Source: Nemertoderma westbladi (taxonomy: Eukaryota; Animalia; Xenacoelomorpha). From it: 64,000 nucleotides of DNA. The stretch spans positions 293,056-357,055 of the forward strand of contig JAUCBJ010008363.1 of assembly GCA_032718475.1 (NCBI GenBank), written 5' to 3'. Positions 62,476-64,000 of this stretch are shown piece by piece. Position numbers and translations under genes: made by a program. The notes under the pieces were generated by a model, which was not told the DNA's origin, did no database searches, and saw only the letters and a program-made list of their open reading frames with translations. Each line of letters starts with the position of its first letter. Position 1 is the stretch's first letter.

Positions 62476-63657
62476 TGAGGTCTCTATAGGGGTGACGGTA
62501 ACAGGCGGCGGCGGACTCGTGAGGGTCTGGGGGCACGTTAAATCCGTTTTATAGTGCTAGGGAGTCACTGAAGGCCCTCGTGTCTAACGAACCATGAATC
62601 GACATGGTGCCGTGGTATCGCCTAGTCGGCCTGTTGCCGTACTGCCAGTCCTGTACACAGTAGGGGTGGTGGCATGGCGTGATTTGTGGCTCATGTGGCG
62701 TGAACTATGTTTTGTATGTGGGCGATCAGTGGCAGTTTGCTTGGGGCTTGGATGGTTCCATTGACCGTCAGCTGTTCCGTTTTTTTGATACTATATGTTA
62801 TTGTCTCCATGTTCAGCTGATTGGTCTTTGGTGGCATTGGAATAAACCGTCGGGCTTTGAGCTTTCTGTTGCTGTGGGTACGTGAGTACATGTGATTGTA
62901 TGTGTGGCCACTGCGAGTGGGTATGGGAACCCTTACCAGTTGGACAAGACGCCGCTGGTATTAGTAGGACCATACTTTACTGCGCCCCAGCATACTTTGT
63001 GCACACAAAGTTATTTTACCCTGTCGGTAAAATAAAGTACTCTCGATTTGCTGCCGATCGATACAATTTTGTCCCCTCTGATTTTGTCTTTCTCGATTTT
63101 GACCCCGATTTTGTCTTTACCCGATTATGTCCTCTGTGTGTGCATGGTATGCGTCAGATTTGTGTTTACCGTAGTGTACTTGATTTCGTGAACATCTGTT
63201 GAGTACACGTGTACAGGACGGGTAAGTGGTTACTTGTTCCTAGCTTTCGAGCTAGTCAATATTGTTGAGGAACGGTGTCCCCTCAATATTGCCGGCGAGG
63301 CAGGTGAAAACGAGTCAAAATTCCATGTTGGGTAGCGCAAGCCCACATGGGACAAGACCGTCGGTTAGGCCCAAGGGCGACCTTGGTGCTCGATCGCTAT
63401 CGACTGGTCCACCTGCCGGTTGACTCTTTGTTATACTTTGAGTTGGCTCAATGTACAGTCAGGCCACAGTAAGTTGAACAGTAGCCGCCCATCTGGCTAC
63501 ACGTTCGACGAGCTGTGCTGGTGTGATCGGGGGACCGAAAACAGAACCCGGGAAGCATCAGGCCACCCTCCGGCCCGGTCTGATAATAACATCTGTCGGA
63601 CTGGCCCCAGGGGTGGTGGAAAGGTGTCCGCCTCATGGGTGCGCCTCGGAGTCATCA
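62476..63657 (+). mobile_element. 1182-bp insertion in element C gag; solo-LTR-like and highly structured
   Basis: TG...CA ends with 7/9 inverted match (TGAGGTCTC / GAGTCATCA); flanks AAGAGG / GAGAGG; gag-like frame resumes after it; AATAAA 63031 followed by T/GT-rich tract. Confidence 0.72.
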
Positions 63658-63659
63658 GA

Positions 63660-64000
63660 GAGGAGCCCAGAAGGACGCAAGTGAGAATTAGTACGACGCA
63701 ACGGACGCGAGCACGTCGACCACCATATCCAGATGATAGTAGTACTTCGAGCGAATCGGATTACCCGAAACGCGAGGTATTTAGAACAGGGGCGGCCGAT
63801 GAATATAAACGCGAGCGTTCAGACAACTCTTTTGCAGACAACCCTCCACAGAATACACCGACACAGAAGGCGTTACCACCAGCGGGCGCGATCGGTGCGC
63901 AACAGTTCGCCGACATTGTCAACAAGTTGGCCCGGATTGAGGAACGTCTAGAGGAAGGTTACACCGACAGTTCGAGAAATTCCGAATTCGAACACAATAG
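63660..64000 (+). CDS. Continuation of element C gag linker, open to the window end (absent from the ORF track)
   Basis: Stop-free frame EEPRRTQVRISTTQRTRARRPPYPDDSSTSSESDY...QQFADIVNKLARIEERLEEG...; QVRIS echoes RVRIS in the element A linker. Confidence 0.65.

Larger units (their letters stand above)
57713..64000 (+). mobile_element. LTR retrotransposon element C (probable Bel/Pao), 5' part; continues beyond the right edge
   Basis: LTR-like promoter/poly(A) block, ~2.1-kb leader, and an ORF with the same layout and AHITR-type motif as the element A gag N-terminus. Confidence 0.75.

Noticed and set aside
63267-63553. RNase P RNA (gaggaa... and acagaacccgg resemble bacterial conserved regions)
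   Set aside because: The P4 strands GAAAGTCC and GGCTTA are absent and the two segments do not pair.
63620-63658. Hammerhead ribozyme (CTGATGA on the minus strand at the insert end)
   Set aside because: No stem II followed by GAAA and no cleavage triplet in the right geometry.

Overview
Eukaryotic, most likely animal, repeat-rich DNA with no recognisable host gene. The centre (8205-48843, about 40.6 kb) is an AT-rich satellite array of about 100 head-to-tail ~416-bp monomers organised into nested higher-order repeats (2-, 4-, 6-, 17- and 24-mers). Its right-hand part carries a ~325-bp deletion variant. Left of the array is a decayed minus-strand Bel/Pao LTR retrotransposon (element A: probable 5' LTR, long leader, gag-PR-RT-RNase H, running off the window). 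Right of the array is a nested stack: an unclassified 3.8-kb segment; a nearly intact minus-strand Bel/Pao pol with PPT and 3' LTR (element B, one in-frame stop); and a plus-strand element C that truncates B. Element C has an LTR containing a tRNA-like Pol III cassette, three tandem hairpins before gag, and a gag interrupted by a 1.18-kb TG..CA insertion whose ends fold by eye into dense RNA structure. All base-pairing and alignments were done by eye; LTR limits rest on termini and motifs, not on paired copies.
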